NCBI GenBank assembly: GCA_035516035.1
Contig: DATJAS010000006.1
Coordinates: 8,522 to 72,521 of the forward strand
Direction of reading: 5' to 3'
From: Bacteroidota bacterium
GTDB taxonomy: Bacteria > Bacteroidota > Ignavibacteria > UBA10030 > UBA6906
Length of the DNA: 64,000 bases
The position numbers and the translations under genes were made by a program. Positions within the stretch are counted from its first letter, which is position 1. Every line of letters begins with the position of its first letter. Positions 56,518 to 64,000 of this stretch are shown here, in pieces. The notes under the pieces were generated by a model. It had not been told where the DNA came from, did no database searches, and worked only from the letters and a program-made list of their open reading frames with translations.

Positions 56518-58158
56518 ATGGACTGGCTCGACTTCAGGCAGCTCCCACCTGCTTCCGGCGGATTCTCCGAGTTGTTCTTCGACTACATCGACGATTTTGA
56601 AAAGGTGGCCCGGTTTTTCCCCGGCAATTTCCGCGACCTTGCCTCGCTCCCCGGCATCATGGAGCGCATCGACGGCCGCGGGATCGCGCGCGACGTCCTG
56701 AAGGCCGTGCTGACGGAACAGAACTCGGGGAAGGGGGAATCTCCCCGGACGCTCGAGAACATACGGCTCCTGGGCAGCGCGGGAACGTATGCAGTGGTCA
56801 CGGGACAGCAGGTGGGACTCTTCGGCGGACCCCTCTACACGCTCTACAAGGCGATCACGGCTCTTCTCCTTGCGCAGAAGCTCTCGGCGAAGTTTCCCGG
56901 CAAGAATTTCGTGCCGGTTTTCTGGCTGGAAGGGGAAGACCACGACTTCGCGGAGATGAACCACGTGGCCGTGCTGGACCACGAGAATCTCCCGGTCCGC
57001 ATCGAATACCTCCCCGGCGGTACCATGCCTGAAAGAAACGTCGGGGCGGTGGGACTCATGTCATTCGACGAGACGATCGCCGCCTGCTGGGCGCGCCTCG
57101 AATCCACGCTCACGGGCACGGAATTCACCCCCCGGCTCATGGAGTCGCTCCGGTCCTGTTATGCCCGCGGGGCGACGTTCGCCGGGGCGTTCCAGGCCTG
57201 GCTCAACAGGCTCCTCCCCGGCTCTGGGCTCGTGTTTATTTCAAGCCTGGAACCCAGGCTCAAGAGAATCCTCTCTCCCCTGTTCGTCCGCGAACTGGAA
57301 GAGTATCCAAGAATTTCCCAGATGGTGATCGATCGAAGTGCCGAGCTGGAACAGAGTTACCATGCCCAGGTCAAACCAAAATCGATCAATCTCTTTCTCT
57401 TTCACAAGGGGGGAAGGTACCTCATCGAGCCGAGGGAGACCGATTTCAGCCTGAAGGGAACACGGGCCTTCTTTTCCAGGGAGCAGCTCATCGCCATCGC
57501 ACGGGAGACGCCGGAACAGCTCAGCCCGAACGTCGTGCTCCGGCCCCTCTGCCAGGACATGCTCCTCCCTACCGTCGCGTACGTCGGCGGACCTTCCGAG
57601 ATCGCCTACCACGCCCAGCTCGGCCCGCTCTACCAGGAGCTTTCGCTCGTCCAGCCGCTCATCTACCCGAGGGCAAGCGTCTCGCTGGTGCAGACGAACC
57701 TCCTCCGCGCAATGGAGAAGTACTCGCTCGAACTGCCGGAGTTCCTGGGGAACGTGGGGGGGGTGACCGCAAAGGTCGTGGAGCAGATATCCGATATCAA
57801 GCTCGACAGGCTCTTCGCGGGCGTCACGACGAACCTGCACGAAGCGCTGGGCGAGCTGAAGTTCGGACTGAACGAAATTGACCCGACGCTCCTCGGCGCC
57901 CTGGAAAACGTCACGTCGAAAATCGACGTCAACCTCGGCGTGCTGAAGGAGAAAGCCGTCGCGGCGCAGAAGCGTCGGAACGACACCGCCGTCCGGCAGA
58001 TCGAAAAGGCCGCCGCCGGTCTCCTGCCGGAGGGAAGCCTGCAGGAACGGGAGCTTTCTCCCCTCTACTACATGAACAGGTACGGGGAAGGCCTCGGCAC
58101 ATGGCTCACGGACAGAATCGACATCGGCGCGTTCCGCCACCAGATCCTTCAGCCCTGA
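56518..58158 (+). CDS. bshC: Bacillithiol biosynthesis cysteine-adding enzyme BshC
   Basis: VVTGQQVGLFGGPLYTLYKAITAL, FWLEGEDHDFAE, and 546 aa as expected for BshC. Start moved to ATG 56518 (MDWLDFRQLP). Confidence 0.85.
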   Translation: MDWLDFRQLPPASGGFSELFFDYIDDFEKVARFFPGNFRDLASLPGIMERIDGRGIARDVLKAVLTEQNSGKGESPRTLENIRLLGSAGTYAVVTGQQVGLFGGPLYTLYKAITALLLAQKLSAKFPGKNFVPVFWLEGEDHDFAEMNHVAVLDHENLPVRIEYLPGGTMPERNVGAVGLMSFDETIAACWARLESTLTGTEFTPRLMESLRSCYARGATFAGAFQAWLNRLLPGSGLVFISSLEPRLKRILSPLFVRELEEYPRISQMVIDRSAELEQSYHAQVKPKSINLFLFHKGGRYLIEPRETDFSLKGTRAFFSREQLIAIARETPEQLSPNVVLRPLCQDMLLPTVAYVGGPSEIAYHAQLGPLYQELSLVQPLIYPRASVSLVQTNLLRAMEKYSLELPEFLGNVGGVTAKVVEQISDIKLDRLFAGVTTNLHEALGELKFGLNEIDPTLLGALENVTSKIDVNLGVLKEKAVAAQKRRNDTAVRQIEKAAAGLLPEGSLQERELSPLYYMNRYGEGLGTWLTDRIDIGAFRHQILQP

Positions 58159-58183
58159 AGCGCGGGGCTTCCCCTGGTCCCCC

Positions 58184-59407
58184 CTACGCCTTCGTTTTCA
58201 CGGGCACCGGGCGGATCCAGTCTCCGAAGTTGATCAGCTCCTCCATCCTGCACGACCAGACCAGCTTGTCATCGTAGACGGTGATGTCCGGGCAACCGTC
58301 GCACATGCTGAGCGCGCCGTTCGCCATCATGTCCGCGGGCTGGATGATCAGGACCGACTGCATGTGGAGGCGCGAAAACGCTTTCCACGGCTTCCGTGCG
58401 ACGTCGTGCAGGTAGGCGCTCGCCGTGCGGGCAAGTCCGCGGTCAAGAGGGGCGAGGGCGAGCATCGATTTCGCGCGCGCGAGCGTTCTCGGGTGGGTAT
58501 ACGCCAGGTACGAGCCGGTGCGGAGGTGGTGGAGCGACTGCGAGAGCTCCATCAATTTGGGGCCCGCGTATCCGTAGATCTTCTCCGGCGTCCCGATCCG
58601 GAGCGTAAACAGCCACTTGAAATGATCCGGGCGCTCCGTCCCGTTGAGGTACCCGCACGGCTGGAAGGAGGGATTCGTCGCCCGGATCTTGTCGACGATG
58701 TCCGTGGAGAGAATAGAGATCGTCCGGTCCTCGTCGATCGCGTAGGCGATGGGCGTCATGTCGATCTCCTCCCCCCCCACGATATACCGGAACCCTTTTT
58801 TGACCGGGGCGGCCCGGTAGGCGATAAAGACCAGGATGTGAACGATGTCGATGTGCTCCTGCCCCCAGGCGAGGATCGCCGGGACGTCGTTCAGCGTCCT
58901 GTCGTACACCGTGGCGTTGAAGGCGCAGGAGATATCCCCGACCTCCGCAAGCATGCGCGCGTACTTCAGGCGCAGCTCGTTCAGCTCGATCTCGGTCTTG
59001 CCTTTCATGTGGGGGCGGTTCTGCCCGCTGTCGATGTGGAACGTGAACCCCTGGACGCCGGCAGCCTTGAGGGCCCGGAGCTTCTCCATCGTCAGGAGCT
59101 GACCGTTGGTGTTGAGGATCGGCTTGTGGCCGTCGCCGGCGACCATGGCCACGATCTCCTCGATCTTCGGGTGGGTCAGCGGGTCTCCCCCCGCGATGGA
59201 TACGCCGTCGGTATTCCGCAGCCTGTTGAACGTGTCCAGCTCGCGGCGCACCTGCTCCAGCGTCTTGTGCCCGTTTGTCTCGTTCTTCCGGTAGCACCCG
59301 TCGCAGTAGAGGTTGCACTGGCTGGTGGGTTCGAGCCAGTTGATCGCGTTGTCGGAAAGGTTCCACGGAAGCCTGTACAGGTCGCGGTGGTTCAGCGGCT
59401 GATCCAT
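58184..59407 (-). CDS. Stand-alone radical SAM enzyme with a large C-terminal domain ending in a Cys cluster
   Basis: LEPTSQCNLYCDGCYR (CxxxCxxC), GGDPLTHP, and a C-terminal MCDGCPDITVYDDKLVWSC. Substrate unknown. Confidence 0.75.
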   Translation of the reverse strand: MDQPLNHRDLYRLPWNLSDNAINWLEPTSQCNLYCDGCYRKNETNGHKTLEQVRRELDTFNRLRNTDGVSIAGGDPLTHPKIEEIVAMVAGDGHKPILNTNGQLLTMEKLRALKAAGVQGFTFHIDSGQNRPHMKGKTEIELNELRLKYARMLAEVGDISCAFNATVYDRTLNDVPAILAWGQEHIDIVHILVFIAYRAAPVKKGFRYIVGGEEIDMTPIAYAIDEDRTISILSTDIVDKIRATNPSFQPCGYLNGTERPDHFKWLFTLRIGTPEKIYGYAGPKLMELSQSLHHLRTGSYLAYTHPRTLARAKSMLALAPLDRGLARTASAYLHDVARKPWKAFSRLHMQSVLIIQPADMMANGALSMCDGCPDITVYDDKLVWSCRMEELINFGDWIRPVPVKTKA

Positions 59408-59560
59408 TGTGTCTCCGGATTGTGAATGCCTTCAGGGGCGCCGTCAAAAAAATCCCCGCCGGCGATGAGATCGTGGCAGGGATGGCAATGAACGGCGTTT
59501 TCCAGGGCTGGGTTCACCCGCAATAATTTAGAAAATTTCGCGTGACGGCGCAAGTCCCCT

Positions 59561-60925
59561 TCAGGGGGAAGCGAAAAAGGCGCTGTGGAGCGACTGCGCC
59601 GCCGCGCGGATGTCGCGGCCGTCGACGACGAACGTGACGTTGACCTCCGAGGCGCCCAGCGAGATCATGCTCACGCCGATGCCGGCTTCATCCAGCGTGG
59701 CAAACACCCGCGTGATGACGCCCCGCGACGATTTCAGTCCCTCGCCTACCACGCAGAAGATCGCCTTGTCATGCTCGGCCTCGACCTCGGCGATCGCCCG
59801 GAGCTCCGCGAAGATCGCATCAAGGTGCGCCCGGGAGTCGACCGTGAGTGACAGCGAGACCTCCGACGTGGCGATGACGTCCACGCTCGTGCTGTGCGTG
59901 GCGAACACCTCGAAGACGCGGGCGAGGAACCCGTGCATCATGAGCATCCTGCTCGAGGTGATCGTGATCAGCGTGATCCCCTCCTTGTAGGCGATCGACG
60001 TGACCGCCCGCCGCGAGGCGCCCGATGCAGCGGCGAGGATGACCGTGCCGGGGACTTCGCTCCGCCGCGAGTTGAGCACACGGACCGGGATGTTCTGCCG
60101 GACCGCGGGCAGGATCGTGGCCGGGTGGAGCACCTTCGCCCCGAAGTACGCAAGCTCCGCGGCCTCCCGGAACGTCATTTCGGGGATGACGCGCGCCTCG
60201 GGGATCACGGACGGGTCGGATGTCATGACGCCGTCGACATCCGTCCAGATCTGGATCTCCTCGGCGCCGAGCGCCGCGCCGAATATGGCCGCGGAGTAGT
60301 CTGATCCCCCCCTGCCGATCGTCGTCGGCACGCCGTCGGCAGTGGCGCCCACGAACCCCTGCGTCACGACCACCTGGGCGGCGTCAAGGCGGGGGGCGAT
60401 CCGCTCGCGCACGCGGGCCTCGATTGCCGGGAGGAGGGGCGCGGCGCGCGTAAACTCCGCCGTCGTGACCATCACCTCCTGTGCGTCCACGAAGACGCAG
60501 GGGATTCCCTCCTGCTTCATGTGGTGCGTCAGGAGGAGCGTCGAGAGGCGCTCGCCGTACCCCGCAAACGTGTCGAGCGAGCGGTCGGTCAGTTCCCCCA
60601 GTATGGCGATGCTCTTGACCAGGTCGCGCAGGGAGTCGATCATCGCATCCACCTGCGACTGGACGGTGAAGAGGACCTCCCCCGTGAACAGCGCGTGCGC
60701 GATCTGCCTGTGGCGGACGCGCAGCTCCTCGGCCCGGTCCAGGGCGCGCTCTTTCCCCGCCTCCCGGGCGCTCCGCGCCAGCGCCAGGAGCGCGTTCGTG
60801 ACGCCCGCGCATGCGGAGGCGACCACCAGGGGGCGGCGCACCGCGTGTGCGCGGACAATGGAGGCGACGTTGCGCATCGCGGCGGCGTCTTCCACGGAGG
60901 TGCCGCCGAACTTCATGACGATCAT
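59561..60925 (-). CDS. Aspartate kinase (monofunctional, tandem ACT domains)
   Basis: MIVMKFGGTSV, GRGGSDYSAA, WTDVDGVMTSDP, and a C-terminal ACT pair. Start at ATG 60925 (ATGA overlap with the MFS stop). The track's 868-aa form is an artefact. Confidence 0.9.
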   Translation of the reverse strand: MIVMKFGGTSVEDAAAMRNVASIVRAHAVRRPLVVASACAGVTNALLALARSAREAGKERALDRAEELRVRHRQIAHALFTGEVLFTVQSQVDAMIDSLRDLVKSIAILGELTDRSLDTFAGYGERLSTLLLTHHMKQEGIPCVFVDAQEVMVTTAEFTRAAPLLPAIEARVRERIAPRLDAAQVVVTQGFVGATADGVPTTIGRGGSDYSAAIFGAALGAEEIQIWTDVDGVMTSDPSVIPEARVIPEMTFREAAELAYFGAKVLHPATILPAVRQNIPVRVLNSRRSEVPGTVILAAASGASRRAVTSIAYKEGITLITITSSRMLMMHGFLARVFEVFATHSTSVDVIATSEVSLSLTVDSRAHLDAIFAELRAIAEVEAEHDKAIFCVVGEGLKSSRGVITRVFATLDEAGIGVSMISLGASEVNVTFVVDGRDIRAAAQSLHSAFFASP

Positions 60926-62322
60926 CGGACATGCCCTTTCGGCGTGACGTTCCAGAGCCGGGACATCAGCAGCGCCCCGGCGAGCGCGAACGGGATCGGC
61001 GCCCAGTGCCATGCTCCCCACCCCCAGCGGGTGGTGACATATCCCACCCCCACGCCCACGAACGCACCGGCAAGGTACTGCATGCCGTCGAACATCCCCG
61101 CGGCGGTCGCGGCAGCCCTGCGGCCCCCGAAATCCATCGATGCCGCGCCGCCGATCATGCCGTGCGCCCCGTTGACGCAGAACGAGAGCGCGATCAGGCA
61201 GCAGGCGGCGGCCATGGGCCCCATCCCGAGAGCGTCGGCAAGGCCGAAGAGGGCCAGCAGGAGGGCCATCCCCAGGAATCCCATCAGGATCACGGGCGCC
61301 CGCCTCCCCCCGAACGTCCTGTCCGAGGCGACGCCGAAGACGAACCCGCCGGCGATGCCGGCGAGCGCGATCCCCCAGGTCGCAGCGACGTAGGGCGCGT
61401 ACGTCGCGAACGCGGCCGATCGCGCCCCGTGGACGTCGACGAAGTACTTCGGCCACCAGGCGTCGACGACGCTCCTGCGCACGAACCCGATCATCATGGA
61501 GGAGAGGGCGATGGTCCACGTCACGCGGGAGGCGAAGACCTTCCTGAGAACGAATGCGAGCGACGGGGGGCCGGCGTCCGCGTCGGTTTCGTCCCCGGTG
61601 TCGAACCCCCCGTACCCCGCGTCGGCGGGGGTATTTTCCATCCAGATGAAGTTGACGGCGAACATGACCGCCACGCACGCTCCCGGGAGCCAGAACGCGT
61701 ATTGCCAGGGAAGGACCAGGAGGATCAGCGGGACCCCCTGGAACGCCAGCAGGAGCCCCAGGCGGATCAGGACGCCGAAGATCCCGGAGAACGTCCCTCG
61801 CTCGCGCACGTGAAACCATTGCGCGTTTACCTTGACGATGGAGAGGGCGCCGAAGGACTGGAAGTACCCGTTGAGGCCCCAGACAATCGCCATGAGCGTC
61901 AGCAGGAGTCCGCCGTTCATGCCGAAGGCGAAGCCGGCGGGAGAAACCACGTGGCGCGCCGCTCCCGTCCCCTCCCACACGGCCGGGTGGAGGAGGGCGA
62001 GCGCCGAAAGCCCGAAAAGGACGTTTGCCGCGATCACCCCCGCGGCGCCGAAGAGGAACGCTTTCTTCCCGCCGATCCTGTCGGCGAACGGGCCGTTCAG
62101 AACGACGGAGAGGCCGTAGACGAGCGGCATCACCGTCTCGAACACGCCCAGGTCCGTGTTTTTCCACCCGAACAGGTCGGCCAGGACCGGGGCGGCGGCG
62201 GTGTAGTTGTAGCGCGTGGCGTAAAAGAACGCGTAGAGGAGGCCCAGCGCCATCCAGTTCACGATCCGCCTGCGCCGGAATTCCGCGCCCGCGGCGACGG
62301 GTGCCGCATCACGCTCCGTCAC
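60922..62322 (-). CDS. MFS transporter, organophosphate:Pi antiporter (GlpT/UhpC)-like
   Basis: 12 predicted TM helices. The N-terminal YAFFYATRYNYTAAAP and NGPFADRIGGKK motifs resemble the OPA family. Confidence 0.75.
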   Translation of the reverse strand: MTERDAAPVAAGAEFRRRRIVNWMALGLLYAFFYATRYNYTAAAPVLADLFGWKNTDLGVFETVMPLVYGLSVVLNGPFADRIGGKKAFLFGAAGVIAANVLFGLSALALLHPAVWEGTGAARHVVSPAGFAFGMNGGLLLTLMAIVWGLNGYFQSFGALSIVKVNAQWFHVRERGTFSGIFGVLIRLGLLLAFQGVPLILLVLPWQYAFWLPGACVAVMFAVNFIWMENTPADAGYGGFDTGDETDADAGPPSLAFVLRKVFASRVTWTIALSSMMIGFVRRSVVDAWWPKYFVDVHGARSAAFATYAPYVAATWGIALAGIAGGFVFGVASDRTFGGRRAPVILMGFLGMALLLALFGLADALGMGPMAAACCLIALSFCVNGAHGMIGGAASMDFGGRRAAATAAGMFDGMQYLAGAFVGVGVGYVTTRWGWGAWHWAPIPFALAGALLMSRLWNVTPKGHVR

Positions 62323-62335
62323 GGGCGCCTCACGG

Positions 62336-63058
62336 TCAGCCGTTCTTTCCGCGCGCGGCCCAGAGCGCGCGCGTCACCCGTTCCAGCTCCGTGCCGAGCG
62401 AAGCGGGATCGAGCGTTTTCTCCGGCTCGTTCTCGAACACCGCGTACGGCACGCGAAAGTCCCGCACGCGGACGAACGACGGGTCGGCCGCCTCCAGATC
62501 CTCCCAGTCGTTCGTCCTGTAGTAACGTTCCATCTTCTCGTCGGGGAGCGAGTGGTAGAGGATCGAGTGTTCCTCCCCCCTGCGGGCGCGCCGCCGGTTC
62601 TTTCGCAGTGATTCCTCGTACGACACGCGGATGTAGACGATCGCCGCGCGGGAGAGGACCTCGTCGTGAAGGCATCCCAGTGCGTGCGCGATCGCCCCGG
62701 GACCCCCGCGGGCGAATTCGACGATCGTCGTCATCGTCTCGTGGTAGGCGCCGTTGCGCGCGAGTTTCTTCCGGTACTCCAGGTTGATCCGCTCCAGGTA
62801 GAGATCCCACACGAACTCGTCGGTAAACCAGTAGCGCTCGTCCGTCCAGAGCCGCTCCCGGCCGTGCCGCGTCAGGATGTCGTCCGTCTCAAACGTCTCC
62901 CAGACGTAGAGGAAATCGTCAAGCTCCTCGAACTCGCCGATGTGGAAGCGCTCGCGCCGCTCCCCCGCGGGCGTCTTTTTCAGGAAGTCGATGACCTCCG
63001 ACTTCCCGGCGGCGGGCCTCCCGGTGATGATGAGGAGCGGCAGTGTGGCCGGTGCCAT
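62336..63058 (-). CDS. P-loop NTPase/kinase-like protein
   Basis: Walker A ITGRPAAGKSEV at the N-terminus. Start at ATG 63058 (MAPATLPLLI). The track's upstream extension is Arg/Ser-rich junk. Confidence 0.6.
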   Translation of the reverse strand: MAPATLPLLIITGRPAAGKSEVIDFLKKTPAGERRERFHIGEFEELDDFLYVWETFETDDILTRHGRERLWTDERYWFTDEFVWDLYLERINLEYRKKLARNGAYHETMTTIVEFARGGPGAIAHALGCLHDEVLSRAAIVYIRVSYEESLRKNRRRARRGEEHSILYHSLPDEKMERYYRTNDWEDLEAADPSFVRVRDFRVPYAVFENEPEKTLDPASLGTELERVTRALWAARGKNG

Positions 63059-63077
63059 GTGCGTCTCCCGGATTGTG

Positions 63078-64000
63078 TCAGGGCGTCCGTTCAATGGTGT
63101 CCGTGACCCGGGGAACGATCTCCCGCCGGGCGCGGACAATGGACTCGACGGCGGCGAAGACCGTCTGTCCAAGCTGGTACGGCTGCGCGATCTCCAGGCC
63201 GAGGTACCGATTCGCCTCCCCCACGAAAAAGTCGCTCGCGGCGCACGTGTACGCGCGGTCCTCCTCGAGCGGCTTCCCCCCCACGGTGATCGACGTGAAT
63301 TCCACCCCCCCTCCCTCAGCAGAGCGCCAGCGCCCGGAGATCCCGGCGACCTGGATGCCGGGACGCGCCTCGACATCGTGCACGAGCACCGCCCTGAGCT
63401 GCGCCCCCGTGAGCTGGAACGTCTCAAGGACGTTCCGGAACGGGAGAATCTCAAAAAGGGTCTTCTTTGTCAGGGGTCCCGCCGCGACGTCCCGCCGGAT
63501 CCCCCCGTTGTTCATGAACCCCACATCCGCGTGCGCCGCCTCCCGCTGCGCGTCCGCGAGGAACGTCCCGAGTGCGTTCTGGGATTCGCTCCGCGTCCAG
63601 TTCCCCCGGAGCGTGCCGATCACGGCGTCGTAGTCCCTGTCAATCTCGCGCTGCATCGAATCGGCCAGCGCGGCGACCGCCGACTGAGCGCGCCCGGGCG
63701 GGATCCAGAGCTGTATGAGCGATCCCTGGCAGGCCGTGACCGTCGTGCCGTCCAGCGTGAGGTCAACGACTCCCAGGTTCTCCGCGTTGGACCCCGTCTG
63801 CACGATCGGCACGCCGTCCACCACGCGGGGATGCCGGAGGCGTGTGTGCGAATGCCCCCCCACGATGAGCGCGAGACCCCTGACCAGCGAGGCGAGCACG
63901 GAGTCGTCCTCCACTCCCTCGTGCGTCAGCGCGATCGTGATGTCCGCGCGTCCCTTCAGCGTGTCGACGAACCGGCGGGCCGTTTCCACGGGCGAGAGGA
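63078..64000 (-). CDS. 5'-nucleotidase / metallophosphatase (UshA-like), N-terminus beyond the window end
   Basis: LTHEG, GGHSHT and a 5'-nucleotidase C-terminal domain pattern (NGGIRRD). The frame stays open to position 64000. Confidence 0.75.
   Translation of the reverse strand, partial: LSPVETARRFVDTLKGRADITIALTHEGVEDDSVLASLVRGLALIVGGHSHTRLRHPRVVDGVPIVQTGSNAENLGVVDLTLDGTTVTACQGSLIQLWIPPGRAQSAVAALADSMQREIDRDYDAVIGTLRGNWTRSESQNALGTFLADAQREAAHADVGFMNNGGIRRDVAAGPLTKKTLFEILPFRNVLETFQLTGAQLRAVLVHDVEARPGIQVAGISGRWRSAEGGGVEFTSITVGGKPLEEDRAYTCAASDFFVGEANRYLGLEIAQPYQLGQTVFAAVESIVRARREIVPRVTDTIERTP

Noticed and set aside
57240-57420. Locally lower-GC stretch inside bshC as a possible insertion or recombination scar
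   Set aside because: The reading frame is uninterrupted and the encoded sequence fits the expected BshC length (546 aa). This is probably ordinary compositional fluctuation.
59436-59548. 9-nt inverted repeat TGACGGCGC / GCGCCGTCA, separated by about 90 nt, between aspartate kinase and the orphan rSAM gene
   Set aside because: It is short and GC-rich, so a chance occurrence is plausible in this composition. The arms are too far apart for a terminator, and I could see no supporting covariation.
59408-59560. Possible tRNA, suggested by a GGTTCAcc T-loop-like string at about 59511-59518
   Set aside because: No acceptor, D or anticodon stems can be drawn around it.

Overview
GC-rich bacterial chromosomal segment. 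It is almost fully coding, with about 65 genes, one tmRNA, and no rRNA, tRNA, CRISPR array, transposase or integrase that I can see. Many adjacent genes overlap by 1-4 nt (ATGA / GTGA / TGATG). I used these junctions to correct starts, because the ORF track often extends ORFs upstream into Arg/Pro/Gly-rich artefactual sequence. Most of the window is housekeeping: ygfZ-like, LOG family, ssrA, dapF, purL, accC/BCCP, mutS2, glnA-amt-asnC, rpe, tdk, PNP, apt, aspartate kinase, bshC. Three regions stand out. (1) 30.8-42.5 kb is a ten-gene, translationally coupled + strand operon. It combines two cobalamin-type radical SAM enzymes, one radical SAM/SPASM enzyme, two SAM methyltransferases, GT9 and GT4 glycosyltransferases, a polytopic metallophosphoesterase, an MsbA-like ABC exporter and a wHTH/nucleotidyltransferase-like protein. 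I cannot map it to a described pathway, and it is my best candidate for a novel system. (2) 44.0-56.1 kb is a 14-gene minus-strand respiratory super-operon: Rieske, split cytochrome b, octahaem cytochrome c, cupredoxin, aa3-type oxidase, haem A synthesis. (3) 6.2-7.7 kb holds a second, differently built Rieske/cytochrome b pair. Envelope genes (FadL-like OMP, GT9, MsbA-like) indicate a diderm. BshC and the cytochrome b architectures are compatible with an FCB-group-like or related lineage, but taxonomy cannot be settled from the sequence alone. All product calls rest on motif recognition by eye, not on database searches.
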